Shown here one piece after another: positions 23,496 through 37,203 of a DNA stretch of 64,000 nucleotides; positions within the stretch are counted from its first letter, which is position 1; every line of letters begins with the position of its first letter. Source of the stretch: Squalus acanthias (lineage: Eukaryota); NCBI GenBank assembly GCA_030390025.1, contig CM059448.1, positions 7,502,001-7,566,000 on the forward strand. Direction: 5' to 3'. Under the pieces are notes generated by a model, which was not told where the DNA came from, ran no database searches, and was given only the letters and a program-made list of their open reading frames with translations. A program made the position numbers and the translations under genes.

Positions 23496-25295
23496 AACGT
23501 AGTGCATTTCCTTTTAATAGGTGCTCTCCACCTGCACTAAGCAAGAACCCTTCAAAGCTGTTGCCACCACTTTATATTAAGGTTCATGTGACATTTTTTT
23601 AGTCAAATGATACACCCTCCTGTCGTTTGCACCTAGTTCTGGCTCAGCAAACCACACTAAATAAATTCACTTGCTGTAGAACTATGAAGCAATATCCCAA
23701 TCTCTTCAGTTTTATGTAACACTTTCTTCAAAAAAAGAGAAAAAGTTACACCAAAAATATTTGCAAGTGATATACTGTCAGTTTGCCCTGATTAACTGAA
23801 ACATGCACCCCCCTCACCCCCAACATTTCACCACAAAAATAGGACTGTGTGCAACATTAAATATCTAACTGTATTCATGTGAACACTAGTGGCCCTGTCA
23901 GCTGGACAGATTTGCTTTCCATCTGGCTTAGAGCTAAAATTTTGACAGTACATTCTGTCACAATAAGCCAAGTGATAGAATCTTCAGCCATGCCCAGAGA
24001 CTGGTCCCCACTATCTCAAGCCACAGATTAATTGCGGCTGAAAGATCAACATCAACTGGACAACTGTAATGACGTTCTGCTGACTGGTCCACGAGAACAC
24101 CAAAGCAGCACATGCATACTGGAAAGCTAAATGAAAAGTGCACCCAATTTATACATAACAGATAACTAAAAGGTTAGCTGCCACTTGGTGGAATATTGTG
24201 TAGGATTTATACAAAGCAGTGGTGTTAGTCACTATGAGCGGAGAGTCACATTTTTGGCAGATAGAGTAATGCTATTTCACCTGCGCTTCTTCAAAGCTGC
24301 ACCAAGCAACTATTAACTACATATCTTTTGAGAACAGCCATCCCAAAAAAGCTTTTTGGATCCTTCAGAATACTGTACGTGCAATGATTCAATTACGTTT
24401 TTTGCCAAGTTAGATATCATTGGCTGGTACAATTCTAAAGGATAAAGGCAAAATAGTTGCACGTCTGTTCAAAAATCAGGGCGAGCTGCAGGTCGTCTGT
24501 GATGCCAAAAGATTAGCTCAGGTGAGCAAAAAAAAATCAAATCAAAATCCACATACTGTACGCTTTAAAACCCTGTGCTGCTTAGAGTACCATAACCCAT
24601 GGCATATCATCACACACCTTCAGCTCCCAGATCACCATCCATACTGGTGAAGTCATTCAGAAACAGGATCACTGTCCCAAACTAGAGTTCTTCACCCAGT
24701 GCTACCAGTCAGGAGGTTTTTGCCCAGAGGATTTACACTGTGTACACCAGCTAGTTTTCAATGAGTTCAAAGCTGTAATTCAGTCAGAAGGATCGAATGA
24801 TGTCTGAATTGTCTGTCTAGCTTCTTAGGACATTTAAAATCCTACTGCTTGAATTAATGCCTTATAACTCGCTGACAGCAATCTAACATTAACCATACAT
24901 GCAACCACCGAGTTGATCAAAGTTCCAAGTAGGATGTAATGAACTGTGAAACGCTGCTCATGTCTCATGTTTTTAAGCCTTAAACAATTCGAGCTTTAAA
25001 AATATACTGTGCAGGAGTGGCAAGTCTCAGGCAGCACATCTTAAACCAGAACATCAATTCAACCCGCTTCTGAAACCCAAATTATACTGTACACAGATTT
25101 AGAATCTAAATTAAAAATAATAGGGTTAATTGGAATGAAAGCTATTTTTTGCCAGAATTAGTAGAATGATTCCAAAGTGAAGATCAAAAAGGCTGAAGGC
25201 AAAGTGGTTTTTAGAAAAAAAAAAGCACAAGGTTTTAAGAATTTGCTTTGAAAGAAAGGGTGATACAAAATTGCAATAAAGGTCACTGAACTTAC

Positions 25296-25361
25296 TGATT
25301 TTTTCATGTTTTCCTTTTTTTCTTTTACTGTAGATTTAGTCAGTAGAGAGTGGCAAGTAGC
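25296..25361 (-). CDS. NF1: NF1 alternatively spliced exon 23a (exon 31) ortholog, 66 nt
   Basis: ATCHSLLTKSTVKEKKENMKKS versus human ATCHSLLNKATVKEKKENKKS; ctgtag acceptor, TCA|gtaagt donor; not in the ORF track. Confidence 0.95.
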
Positions 25362-27149
25362 CTACAGAACAGAGATGAGCACAAACAAGTCACAGTACCA
25401 ACTTCACACAACAAAAACACATTGTTGGCTTCTACATACAACTGCACAGCAAAAAAATATACAATGATTATACTCTCAATTTTAATTAAAAATGCAAAAG
25501 GGCAAATAAAAACTAATCTGGTACAATAGTTTGGGTTTTCAGCCAAGGATGTAATACGCTAATTATTCTTAAACCTTCACTTAAAAAAAAAGGATATTTA
25601 ACTCTGCCGAGAGAGAAATGTGCAGTTTCTTTTCCATATCAAGCCATTTTTCCACAAGGTATAAACACAGATACAACTGCTTTCAATCAGTCTACTATTT
25701 CTGGCTCAATATTCAATAGAATTTTTTTTCCCCCCCAGTTTTTGTCCTGCGACCAAAATAAATTAGGATTCTGTCACTAATGCTTCAGATAGCATGTAGA
25801 ACAATACAACACTACGGTTGTCACTGAAAGTGCTTTTCCCTATCAACAGCATATTATAGGATATTGGTGGAAGGTTGGAAAGCGAAGCCCAGGGCTTGGC
25901 CACAGCTGATATTTGTGAATAGGGACATCACATTGCTAACATGCAAGTAGAGATATATCACTGCGGTGATGGATCAATGCAACAGGGTGCATAATCTGTC
26001 AATCATCCATTTCCCTCTTCCTCTGAACAAGAGCATTAAACTAAATCAACCACGATAACCTGGCAAAATGCTTGATCAAGACAAAGATGACGAGAGAGCA
26101 ATAATGAAGGCTTTTTAAACCTTCATTCAGGTGGTTACGTTTCCAGGAAGAACAAAACCATATACAATTGAGGTTATTCTGCATTATAAGTAGAGACATT
26201 TAATATCAGACATACCGTGATAATTTAAATCCATTGTGACATCCCAATTGGCTGTTAATGTGAACACTGTCACCCTCCAGGAGTACGTACATAAACTATA
26301 CATTTTGACATGGGGCAAGAAGGAAAGTCCCATTCCCCAAAATGCATTTTGTTTTGCTAGCCCAAACACCTTGAATAGAGGCATGCGTTGGTAACAAAGC
26401 AAACAGGAATTAAGAAGCTTTCCAGTCAGTAGCATGCAGGATTACTGAACAAAACTCTCAACAGCAGCATTTATACAGGACCATGGAGAACAGAGATCAT
26501 CCTTTGATCAAGAGAAGCTATCCTTACTTCCAAAGGTTTCAGCCAGTAAAACAGATTGAAGCACCACAAATGTTCCATATTGAACGAACAGCGGAGATTA
26601 AAGACCAAATTCCGTCCACTTTACGCAGCTGCATTTGAAAGCCAACAAAATCTGCCCGACAGTCGCATCTCTCTCTAATTCCAAAACAAAGTTCAAAGTT
26701 CCCCCCTCATTCACCACCGCACACCAACCTAAAGAGAGAGGAAAGCTAACCCACTCCCAGGCTTCTGCCAAATGTCACCCTGTAAGCAGCTGATCAGATC
26801 TGCATTAGCACATTCTAAAGGGTCACTCACCTGCCAAGTTTTCCTTCCCTCCTGCCTTGTGGAGAATTCCATGGTCTCCATTTGGCAGCTCGTCCAGACA
26901 ACTCAACAATCTTTAGAAGCTCACGATTGTGGAGAAAGGTTTTGTGAAACGGGATCATCTTTACATCAACATATATCCTCTGCGGATCCAGGGTTTCATG
27001 CGACAACTTTATTACTACAGCAAAGCAGTTTCTGCAGCACAAGTTGCAGCTTAAATCCAGATTTACACGATCTAACTGGAGATAAGCAGTGTGAACCCCA
27101 CCACCACTACCCTTCGTCCCGCCCCCAGGAGGGCTCATTCACACCAAGG

Positions 27150-27280
27150 AGTACCGTCACTACAAGGACTGCAGTGGTTCAAGAAGGGGGCTCACCACCA
27201 CCTTCTCAAGGGCAATTAGGGATGGGCAATAAATGCTGGCTTTGCCAGCGACGCCCACATCCCACGAGTGAAAAAAAAAT
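27150..27280 (+). mobile_element. LINE 3' tail fragment
   Basis: ggactgcagtggttcaagaagg...caccaccttctcaagggcaattagggatgggcaataaatgctggc. Confidence 0.8.
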
Positions 27281-28974
27281 ATGAAGTGCAACTCCAGTGT
27301 AATCTCAAATCGGGTTCAAAACGCGCACGTGTTTGGACCTCCCGAGTACTCTTCTAAACCTACCTAGAGTTCATTTAAATCTTCAAGAGAGTGCAGACAT
27401 GGCCATCTGCACTCGCCAACACATTTTTACTCTTCTCTCCTGAGAAACAGACTAGCACTTCCAGGCATGCAGTATAAACAGGACTGCCTGTAGCCCATAC
27501 TGCAGCTATACGGACCTCAGCTGCAGTATAATATCTTAATGCAACAGAAACACACGAAAAGTCCGGTTGGTGTCCTGAAGAAACAAAGGATTACTTTAGT
27601 TTTTGGGGAGGGGGGGGGTGGCGGTTAGACAGCCTGGTTTAGAAAAGGGTGATGCTTACCTAACAGCAATCAAAATAATTCCTTTTCTACTTAGAATATG
27701 TCCTGAAAGCTTTGATCCGATTACCAAAAAAAAAACACCAGTAAATCAGGAGAATTTACCATCAGAAACACAGTTTGGAATGAGTCAAGTGAAAAAGCAA
27801 TCGAGAATATAGCCAAGAAATGATACTATCTGCTGACAGAAGTCAAGAGTGAATACACAGTAACCTGTCAGAAATGACAGGTTGTTGGAAACTGTGGCAG
27901 AGAATGGATTTGAATACAATCTTCTCATCTCTGGGATCTGGATTCAATGGCAGCCCAATAGATGAAAGCTTTTTTCCTCTGTTGTCTACAACGCTGCTGC
28001 AGAATTGGCCTCAAAAGTTCTCAACAGGAACTCCGTCCTTCAGTCTTCAATATTTCTGCTCCTCTTCACCTCTATCAAGTGTTTTGTTCTGCTGCTTTTT
28101 CTAGGCTGTTGCCATTTTTCTGGATTCTTGCTCCCTTCCTGCACCTTCTCTCTCCCATATCCACCTTCGCACTCATTTTGCCCATTCCCCAGTGTGTCTT
28201 TTCACTTTAGGCAATAAAGTCAGTTACGGAATTGGAGGCGAGGCCCAGTTATGCTCCTCAGCACTTGTGAACCCACTTTGTAAGGTTGTAGAGCTGTTTC
28301 ACCAACACTAGGGAATGCGGGAAAACCCCATCAATGTTGCACAGAAGCACAAAAAATTATGCAAGTAGGCAGAGCCAGTGAGAAGCCACAGTTACAAGGA
28401 ATAAACATAGCAAGCTGAAAAACTGTAATGGAAAGAGGAATAAGGAGCAAGATTGTACCAGATCATCCCATCATTTAAATACAAGCTTTCTGGGATACGA
28501 GAGTTCCCTATAAGGAGCCTTGTCGGTCAGTACACAACGTTTGATGCAGATAGATTACACATCTTCATGGTTCTTCAAATGAGATGCAACCGCCACACAC
28601 CATAGACTTTGAAGGAATTGGGGGGGGCAACCACAACACAATAGTGCAGTTACATAGTGCTGCACATGGCCTCTTACTCTGCATCAGATAACACCCCAGA
28701 ATTAGCCCCACTGTCCCAATTCATTCTGACCTTTAGGTTAACTGAAACTAAGTAAGCACCCTCCCAAAACTATACCTCTGCAGAGGAAGATAGATGGAAT
28801 CATGGTTGATGCAAATCATTTGAAGAATAAAGATGACCCTAAAAAGTCCACACACCATAGGAACATAAAGTAGTACTGGTTTGGGGGTGGGGACGAGAAA
28901 AAAAAAGGAAAGGAGGCCCTCGTGTAGGAACCATAGCACCAACTGTCAGGGCACGTCATACGGCAAACAACATT

Positions 28975-29310
28975 TTTCATTTTGTATCTACAGGCATAGA
29001 GTACAAAAGCAAGGAGCTAGTGTTGAGCTTGTACAAGATCTTAGGCCACAGTTGGGACACTGTACAGTTTTGGACACTCTACAATAGGAAGAATACAGAA
29101 GTAATGGAAAAGTTAGAGTGTAGATTCACTGGGATGTTTACAGGGATAACAGGTTACTTTGAAGAAAGACTTGAGAAGTTACAGCTATTTTTTTTTTTAT
29201 TGGACCCGAGGAGGTTAAGGGGTGAACTGACAGAGTTCTCCAAGATTATGAAGTGTTCTGACAAGGTAAATAGTGATAGACTGTCAACTGGTCAGCAAGA
29301 CAGTAATGAG
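28975..29310 (+). mobile_element. decayed CR1 fragment
   Basis: VQFWTLY...ERLEKLQLF...RRLRGELTEFSKIMK. Confidence 0.75.
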
Positions 29311-29461
29311 CACTATAAAGTTGATTTTATAAACAAAATTTATGTTGCCTTCTGGTATATTTTGCTTGGAAATGTCCCCTTTCTGGTTTAGATGCTGGTG
29401 GAGTTGCCAGTTTTACAATATCCACACTTTGGGAACTTCCACTGCAAATGCTGGGGTGCAG

Positions 29462-29755
29462 CAACCATGAAGCTGTCGGATTGCTGTTAAAAACCCAACC
29501 GATTCACTAATGCCCTTTAGGGAAGGAAACCCTCCGTCCTTACCCAGTCTCTACCCTATATGTGTCTGCAGTCCCACAACAACGTGGTTGACTCTTAACT
29601 GCCCTCTGAGGTGGCCTAGCAAGCCACTCAGTCGTATCAAACCATTATCTGCAGCAGTTCAAGAAGGTGGCCCACCACCAACTTCTCGAGGGCAAGCAGG
29701 GATGGTCAATAAATGCCAGCCTTACTAGTGACGTACACAGAGAATTTTTTAAAAA
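29462..29755 (+). mobile_element. SINE body plus LINE-derived tail (family of 22413 and 39700)
   Basis: ccatgaagctgtcggattg...ttcactaatgccctttagggaagg...ttgactcttaactgccctctg followed by the shared tail. Confidence 0.75.
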
Positions 29756-32754
29756 TACAGAAATAAATGTGTCCATCTGTCTAACATCACCAGACATTTT
29801 TAATCCATTTGTCTGGTGATTAAAACACTTGCTTATTTTTGTTTTCTAATTGAAATCATTATTAACCTTATGTACTGGCCAACAGTGCAATATAATAAAT
29901 TAGGTCCACTGTAAGGCTGCCTATAATTCACTTACTAAATTTGTCACTTGTCGGTTATCAGGTCAGCCTAGAGAGGAGGTAGTTATTGTTATACTGCTGG
30001 GTTCGGACAATTCTTAGTTAAGTGGACAGCTGGATTAGCGGATGTGTAATTCAAGCTGCCACCTGAGTTATGAATAATAGAGGTATGAGGTTAGCTGCTT
30101 TAACGAGATACAAGCAGTTGGTACATTACACATTTAACTTTTGCCTCCTTCAGTCTTTCTATGGAAGAAAATTGTGAGATCCATTTAAAACACTTACTTT
30201 CTGCTAAGTGTTAAAGCTCAAGGGATTTAAGTAAAACTGCATCGTAATTATAAATAAGTGAAAAAAGGATTTCCTTTTGCGCTATTGTGGCTAAGAACCA
30301 CAGATGACATTCAGTAGAAGAAAATGTTCCCCATTGCAATATAGGCAGTCAGACTTCTAGCTCGAATACCCTTTCCCCAAAATGTTCACTGCCAGACAAC
30401 TAACAGCTGATGCTGGCTATTATTGATTATACAAAAACATTTAAGCCATCTTTAATATAATTCATAAAAGGAAACTTAATCACTTCAGCTTTTCCACGAT
30501 TTCTCTGATATTTTGAATGTGTTAGACGAAAGTAACATGGAGGAGTTGCTAAGCTCAACAGTACAAGGGATCTGAATGTGTCATTCACACTGAATGTTCC
30601 AATCGGCTAGCCATTTCCACTGTGTACATTAGTTAAACTCTCTCGCATGTTAATAAAAATTCCTCATAAATTCATTTTTTTTTTTTTAAAAAGAGCTACC
30701 AACAATGAGATACAATCTCCAAATCGGATTTAAATCAGCAGCATGCTTGTTTTACAGTGAACATGCAAAAACAAAAATCACTGAGGGGAAAAATTCCCAG
30801 TACACTTTTGGCTCATCATGTTACTTCCAGTAGATCACTCTACTTAATATCGATGGGATTTTTTTTATAATCCAGAAGATAAATATTTAAAACAAAAAGG
30901 AAAAGGGCATGCGAAACAGAACTAAACCGATAGCGTAGGTGAGTTTACAATGCCAGACCATTATTGTAGTTTCAGCAGTAATCAACAAGTGGCATAAAAT
31001 GACCTCCATCAGAATTCATACTGATCTACACATTACAGCCATTCTTTTGAGAAAACAAGATTTTTCTTTATACTCCCATTCTCTGCTCAATAACTGACAA
31101 AAATTATTCAAGTGAGAGTTTCATTTCAGTTTTAGAACCAGCTACAACAGTTACTGTAAGTGACCCCACCAAAGGTAAATGCTGGCCCCACCCTACCCTA
31201 TAAAACAATAACAACCCCAAATAATTAAACACCCACAACACAGCCGATTGTGTTTTTTTTCAACTAAATGAACAGTATATTCTCAATGTCCAGTCAAGAA
31301 CCTATTTTTGTGTCAGACAAGATTATATTACTGAGGAAAGCACAATAATGGATGTTAAGGTTTAGCAAGACAATAGGATAAAGTTACCAGATAAGCACTT
31401 TACTCATAGGTTTTGCAAAAACACCTGCACCCTGTAACCAAGTTGATATTTTCTAACCTTGCATTGTGCAACGATACAGCAGGTGATAAAGCAGGTATTA
31501 GAAAGGCATTAAGTCTGGAAAACTACAGAAAGGTCATGGTCAATCCCTTTTAAATGAATAAACTGAATATAGATGCATACAAATTCAGCATACCTTTAAA
31601 TACAACTCAGGATTGACACAAATAAAAGTCCCTAGGGAGTCACTTAGGGCACAGCAAGTGTGCTTACCCAAATTAAAACAAACATATGAGTCATTAGGAT
31701 TATTGAACTAAAAATAATGAGGGGACTCAGCACTTCTATGAAGTGAACAGAAATATTTATCAGTGATTCATCCGATTGAAACAAACTCGTGTCAGTCCTC
31801 CAGCAGAAGCATGCAAAAGAAACTGGGGGAAAAAAGTGATCTCGTTTACAAGGGAAAGCAAAATTATGCCACATATCCCCAGATCTTTGTTGCACTAGAA
31901 GAAATAATGTGAGATCTTCCAGGTGCACTCTGTAAAGAGACAGATATTCCTTCCTGTGGAACTCAAGATGTCCACTAGGGTTTGTTCCCAAGTTTTCTCT
32001 TTGCAAGATATATCTGCTGCAGGTATCTGCAGAAGCTGAGCAAAGGGTTAGAAAATGCAAAAAATTAAACCCATTTCCAAACTGGTACAAATTACTGTGC
32101 AACAGTGGAACAAAAGTTTAATAAAGGTTCCTGAATTTGGTAAAAAATGAACTTGGTACTTAAAAAGTATTAAAACCTCAATGGTGAAGGCAATTTGATG
32201 GTGCGTGCTTCTTTAATTATTGTGATTATTTCATAGACTAGTTCTCTTCTCTTTGATAAGAGTGCTTTGCGCTCACTTATTTGGGTCTGCGTAACAGCCA
32301 CAAAAAAAATTGCGAACACGGCATCTTAATGTAAACTGTGGGTGCTTTGTAAATGCCACAACTGACCTCAGACTGCATGGGAGGGGAGGAAACAATCAAG
32401 TCAACGTACCCACTCAAACATTACACTGTGACCCCAGTTGCAGTGGGCACGTAGGTAGATCTTGGGTGAGGACAGGATCTGGCTTGCATGCGAATCCCTC
32501 AAAAGTTAACAGCCTGCTCACACTGGTGCAAAAAAATGGCTCCTTGGGGGAGGCACTAGGGCATAACAGTGCAATAAAACAAGATCCCAGCATTGGTCAG
32601 CGACTTGAGATAAGAAAAGTTGTTTAAATGCAACAGTGGGCTTAATTCCTGTATGGGCACCAAGATCATTCTTAATTGATGAAACTCATGACCTGGGAAG
32701 TGGACTACATATACACAAGCTCTTAACCACATATAGCTCACAACCATAAGCATT

Positions 32755-33125
32755 CATCAAGGGTTTTGATAGAGTAAATAAGGAGAAACTTTTTCCTGTG
32801 GCAGAAGAGTCAGTAACCAGAGGACACAGATTAAAGGTACAGTAATTGGCGAAAGAACCAGAGGAGCGACGAGGAGAATTAATTATTTTTTTTTATATAA
32901 ACACAGCCAGTTGTTGTAATCTGGAATGCATTGCATGAAAGGGTGATGGAAGCAGATTCAATAATAACGTTCAAAAGGGAATTGGATACTTGAAGAGGGA
33001 AAATTTACAGGGCTACAGTGAAAGAGCAGGGGAATGGGACGAATTGTACAGCTCTTTCCAAGAGCCAGCACAGGCACGATGTGCCGAATAGCCTCTTTCT
33101 GTGCAACAGCATTCTATAATTCTAT
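32755..33125 (+). mobile_element. CR1 LINE 3' fragment
   Basis: aaggagaaactttttcctgtggcagaag...accagaggacacaga...attctat tail; similar to 57900-58235. Confidence 0.85.
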
Positions 33126-34304
33126 GAAAAGTAGAATGAGCACATTCGTTTGAAAAAAATTAATTCATAATTATCATTTACTCATTTTAAAGGCAGGTGG
33201 AGGCTTTCCTGCTAACTGTGGCCTTAATACATTTCGTGAATATTGAACCAAGCTTCACAACAGATCCTTAAATCCCTGGAAAAATATGACCTGCGATTCT
33301 TTTCTTCATCTTCCCCTTCCGCCACTTCTCCCTCCACTCCTTACGCCCTCATTCCCCCCTCCCCACCCTGTTGGGTCCCTTTTCCTTCACGGTAAAACCT
33401 GCGTTCAGTGTTTGTTGTGCTACTTTCATTTCTTTTCTTCAGTGCCTTTTTACTTCAGAAATAAAGCTGTTGAAACAGCAGCAGTTGACTTCATATAATG
33501 TTTTTATATGATAAAAAAAAATCTTGCATAGGCACACACTTCATGCCCACAAGCCTTGCTTCCTGCTGTCACAATTTTTGGTCATGCTTTTGTGTCAACA
33601 TTTACCATTATTAGGGAAATTACTAGGCCGATATTTTCAATTCAATTTGGCGATGTCAACTGTCACGATATAGTCGCAGGCTCTGGCTATCAGGTGGCTC
33701 TCTGCAGCCAGTTTCCGAAGTCTTTCTCCCAACTTAGTCACCATTTGGTATATTAAACAAAAAAAAACTTATATTCATGAACTGATCATGGGAAAACACC
33801 ATAAGAATTTCCTATTATTCAGAATAAATATTTGAGGAAACATAACACCTGGCATCATTTGTAAATGATCCTTGCTTGCTTTGGAGCTCAGCCTGGATTA
33901 AGCTGACACATTGTGATATTGGTCTCTCGGTCAGTGTCCAGTCATATAAATCCGTCTTAGAAGTAATCAGCTAACAGCAGGTTTAAAGGATGGCAAAGCA
34001 AACTGAAGCTGCTGTGAGAATCAGTTGTCATATAAAGAAAATTAAGCACTTAATACAGCTCGTATCGTGACGAAACAGTTGCACTTCAAATTTGTTGCAT
34101 CAATTACTCCATTGCTTTTTTTTAAAATAATATAAATCCCATTCCATTCTCCCATCAAAAATAATTTACCCCAGGGCCCAATGGTTTCTACTTCAATGAC
34201 CCACAATGGCCTCTATCTAATTTCCCACTGGTTCGAGTCACCAGCATCAACTTTGTAAACTCCCTTTGCCTCCTTGCAATTCCCATTACCCCAAGCCAGC
34301 ATAC

Positions 34305-34440
34305 CTGATACAAGCAATGGCAGACGCTTCTCAGCTGTGGGGGAAACTCAGATGAGGAATTAATAATTGCATGGAAAAATCTCTCTGTCATTTGCAGTAG
34401 GTTCCGTTGATTTTCATCCAGGCTTTCTGTTGGTTCTAAC
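34305..34440 (-). CDS. NF1: NF1 exon 30 (23-2) equivalent (136 nt)
   Basis: LEPTESLDENQRNLLQMTERFFHAIINSSSEFPPQLRSVCHCLYQ; CAG|gtatgc donor. Confidence 0.97.
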
Positions 34441-36044
34441 CTGTAGAACAATATTCACATGATCATTCTTATTTGGATGCCAAACCGCGCTCCCCCCCCC
34501 CCCCACATAATACACACAGAATTACTAATTTTTGCACATTCATCTATGATGTACTGAAATCAGCAGGTGAGTCACTGCATTCCATACCCATGTCAGCCAC
34601 TCTCCGTGGCTGGTTTCATTTTAAAGTATCCACATTTACCTGCCAAACATGTTAAATCTGCAGGTGACATTGTGATCGGAGCTTTTAATGTTAGTGAGCT
34701 AACGTTAGCCAACATCATATTGTCTCATCTCCAGTCTGGAGGACATTGAGGTCAATGTAAAAAAATTAAAAACAGTGTCCTGTTGAAATTGGCCCCGGTA
34801 CAGATAGGCATACCTCTTAACCGGTTTTTTAAAAAAAAAATTGGATCCTCTTCATTGGGGCCTCGTCAAATTGAGGGCCTATAAAAGGCTCAAAATTCAG
34901 AGCCAGTGCATCTTCCTCACCCCCATGTGATACTTTCACAAACTCTTGTTTACCCCCCCGCCCAAACTCAGTGATTTTCTTGCTCTCTCCATTACCCCTC
35001 CACCCAAGGTAGTTGCCCAGTTCCTTCCTCCACCTTGGTCCAATGATTGCCCCAAATCCTCGAACCCTGCATTTACCTGAAGACTTCACTTGGCCATGTA
35101 CAAAGCCACGGATAGCAACTTATGAAAAAAAACTTTTTTTCCCCTCTGCCCCCCCCACCCCCATTTTCAGTCCTCCACTTGCTCTATCGACCATTCTTTA
35201 GCTGTGAGGGCAGGCATAAACTGACTACCATTGGAAGGCCCAAGTGCTTGGTGTTAAGTGCACTACTCTGAGTCGTGCACCGAGCTACACAGACCAGGAA
35301 TGTCAAAGGTTTAATCTCAGGTCTGCGATGAATTAATTTATCTTGGCTGGGACAACAGCAGGTTGCAATCATTAGCCTGTGTACTCCTGGGCCAAGAAGA
35401 GAGAAAACACATTGGCACATGCAGGGCTCCAGTCCCTGGTCGCGAACCAGCAACCTCTACCATAAAGCACATACTTGGAAGGCCAGGTGAGAACAGAATT
35501 GGGCTCAACTGTGATGTTTTCCATGGTCAAAACAGCCTGCCAAAGCTTGCAATTTAGGCGCACATGTAAAGAATGGCCACTTAAGCAAGGTACCAGGGAA
35601 CGACCAGCACTTGTGGAACTGTATGACATCAAGAGACAGCAAGAGGAAGAAAATTGAACAAAAAGGCCGAGACAGCTGGGTAAATCACTCTTCCTCACCG
35701 AGGAAGCACCCAGGTTCTGTTCTGCAATAGCCGGAGATGAGAAACTCAAAACGTCAAGAACCATGGGTACATATGCAACCAATACAACCCATAATAATCA
35801 TGTTAGTATATTGATCATGGCACTACAAAGATATATTTATTAAGATTCTTAAGGGCCTAACTATAAACATGCAACCACCACTTTAGGTCTGCTCAAACTC
35901 GATTGCTTTGACATTGCATAAAAAGGAAAGCTGAGGAGAGCATTTTCAGGATGGAGAGCTTCATGTTGAAAGTGCTCTCCAAGGCTTCCCTTCTCCTTTA
36001 AGCATTGTATACACATTTGCTTTTCAAATAACTAGTTCTACACC

Positions 36045-36515
36045 TTCCACTCATTCAAGTGTTAAGTGAATTTTTAACGGCGTGCTAAGTCTTACTTACT
36101 GCCAAACAACCTCTCTGGCACTGAAAGTTAACTTTTACAAATGCGGAGTTTCATTCCTTCAGATTTTAATTAATGTTCAAGATTTTTTAAAAATTAAAAA
36201 ATTAATTTTTTTTAAACTTTTTCTTTCTCTGATCTCTCTCTCTATCCCATCTTTCTTTCCCTCTATTTCACTTTCTGTACATGATTTGACACTGAATTAA
36301 CTATTCCAACACTCACTTCCTTGTTCAGACTCTGCGTGTCTCAGTAAGGTTTCTTCAATCTGATTGGTTAAGAAGATATGCAGTTGCTTGCCCTGTTCTC
36401 TCAGGTTCCAGATCCCCTGTAGAGGGCATCGCGCTGTTTTGGATTTCTAATCACCGCAAGTTCCAGTGCAAAAGCCCACAGAAAAACTAGCCACTGACCG
36501 CAAAATCCGGGGCCA
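36045..36515. mobile_element. probable interspersed repeat (unclassified, possibly a non-autonomous DNA transposon end)
   Basis: compositionally distinct block ending in accgcaaaatccgggcc; family not confirmed within the window. Confidence 0.35.
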
Positions 36516-37203
36516 GTAAGTTTCAATGCTATATTAACGTGGGCCATTACCAGTGCAGTGTTTTATTTTTAAAAACACATTGTACACTCTTAAATTGCTG
36601 GTCCTAGCAGCTTCATCCAAGGCCAGGGACAAATGCAGTAATGAGACTACCATGTGACAGGCACTGCATGTCTCCAAGCTACATAGTTCTAGGGTCCTGG
36701 TTTTACTGTGCATGAAAGTTTAGATTGTTCCCAATATTGGCCACAATCTGGTCCCCAGCCGATTGTAGAATCTATCCTGAACAAGGTTTACAGATCAGTA
36801 CCAGGGTAAATCATATCCACAGTTTTACTTTTACACCAACATTAATTCAACTCCGCTCATCAGCCTTCCAACAAATTGATCCAAGTTTAGCACCGAGTCT
36901 CTCGATCAAGAAAGCTCAATACCACCCTCGGAATTTCCACAGATTGAGCCCTACTGCAGCAAGAGGTATTTAATATAGAGCTGGTGACTCTTCTGGGGGG
37001 GGGGGAATGGTGGAGGGAGATTTATTCACTCAGGACAGCTCCTTCAAATAACAGGGACACAGGATTCTTGCGCTGGCATTGCACGATTAATGGATCTGGA
37101 TTGTTATTTTCTCTTCGCGATAAAACAGACATATAATATTCTCTCATTTGAACATCCTCACAGACCAGGTCATTGACAAAAGTTACAGAAAGACAGTCCT
37201 AAC

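Noticed and set aside
26772-27284. 170-aa plus-strand ORF as another nested gene
   Set aside because: Its 3' part is a LINE tail; no signal peptide or clear acceptor
27497-29820. Short hairpins with 11-bp stems at 27497-27529 and 29786-29820
   Set aside because: Too short for pre-miRNAs and with no supporting context
31644-32102. 152-aa minus-strand ORF as a gene or in-frame exon
   Set aside because: TTG start, no recognisable similarity, and nearby acceptors enter it out of frame with NF1
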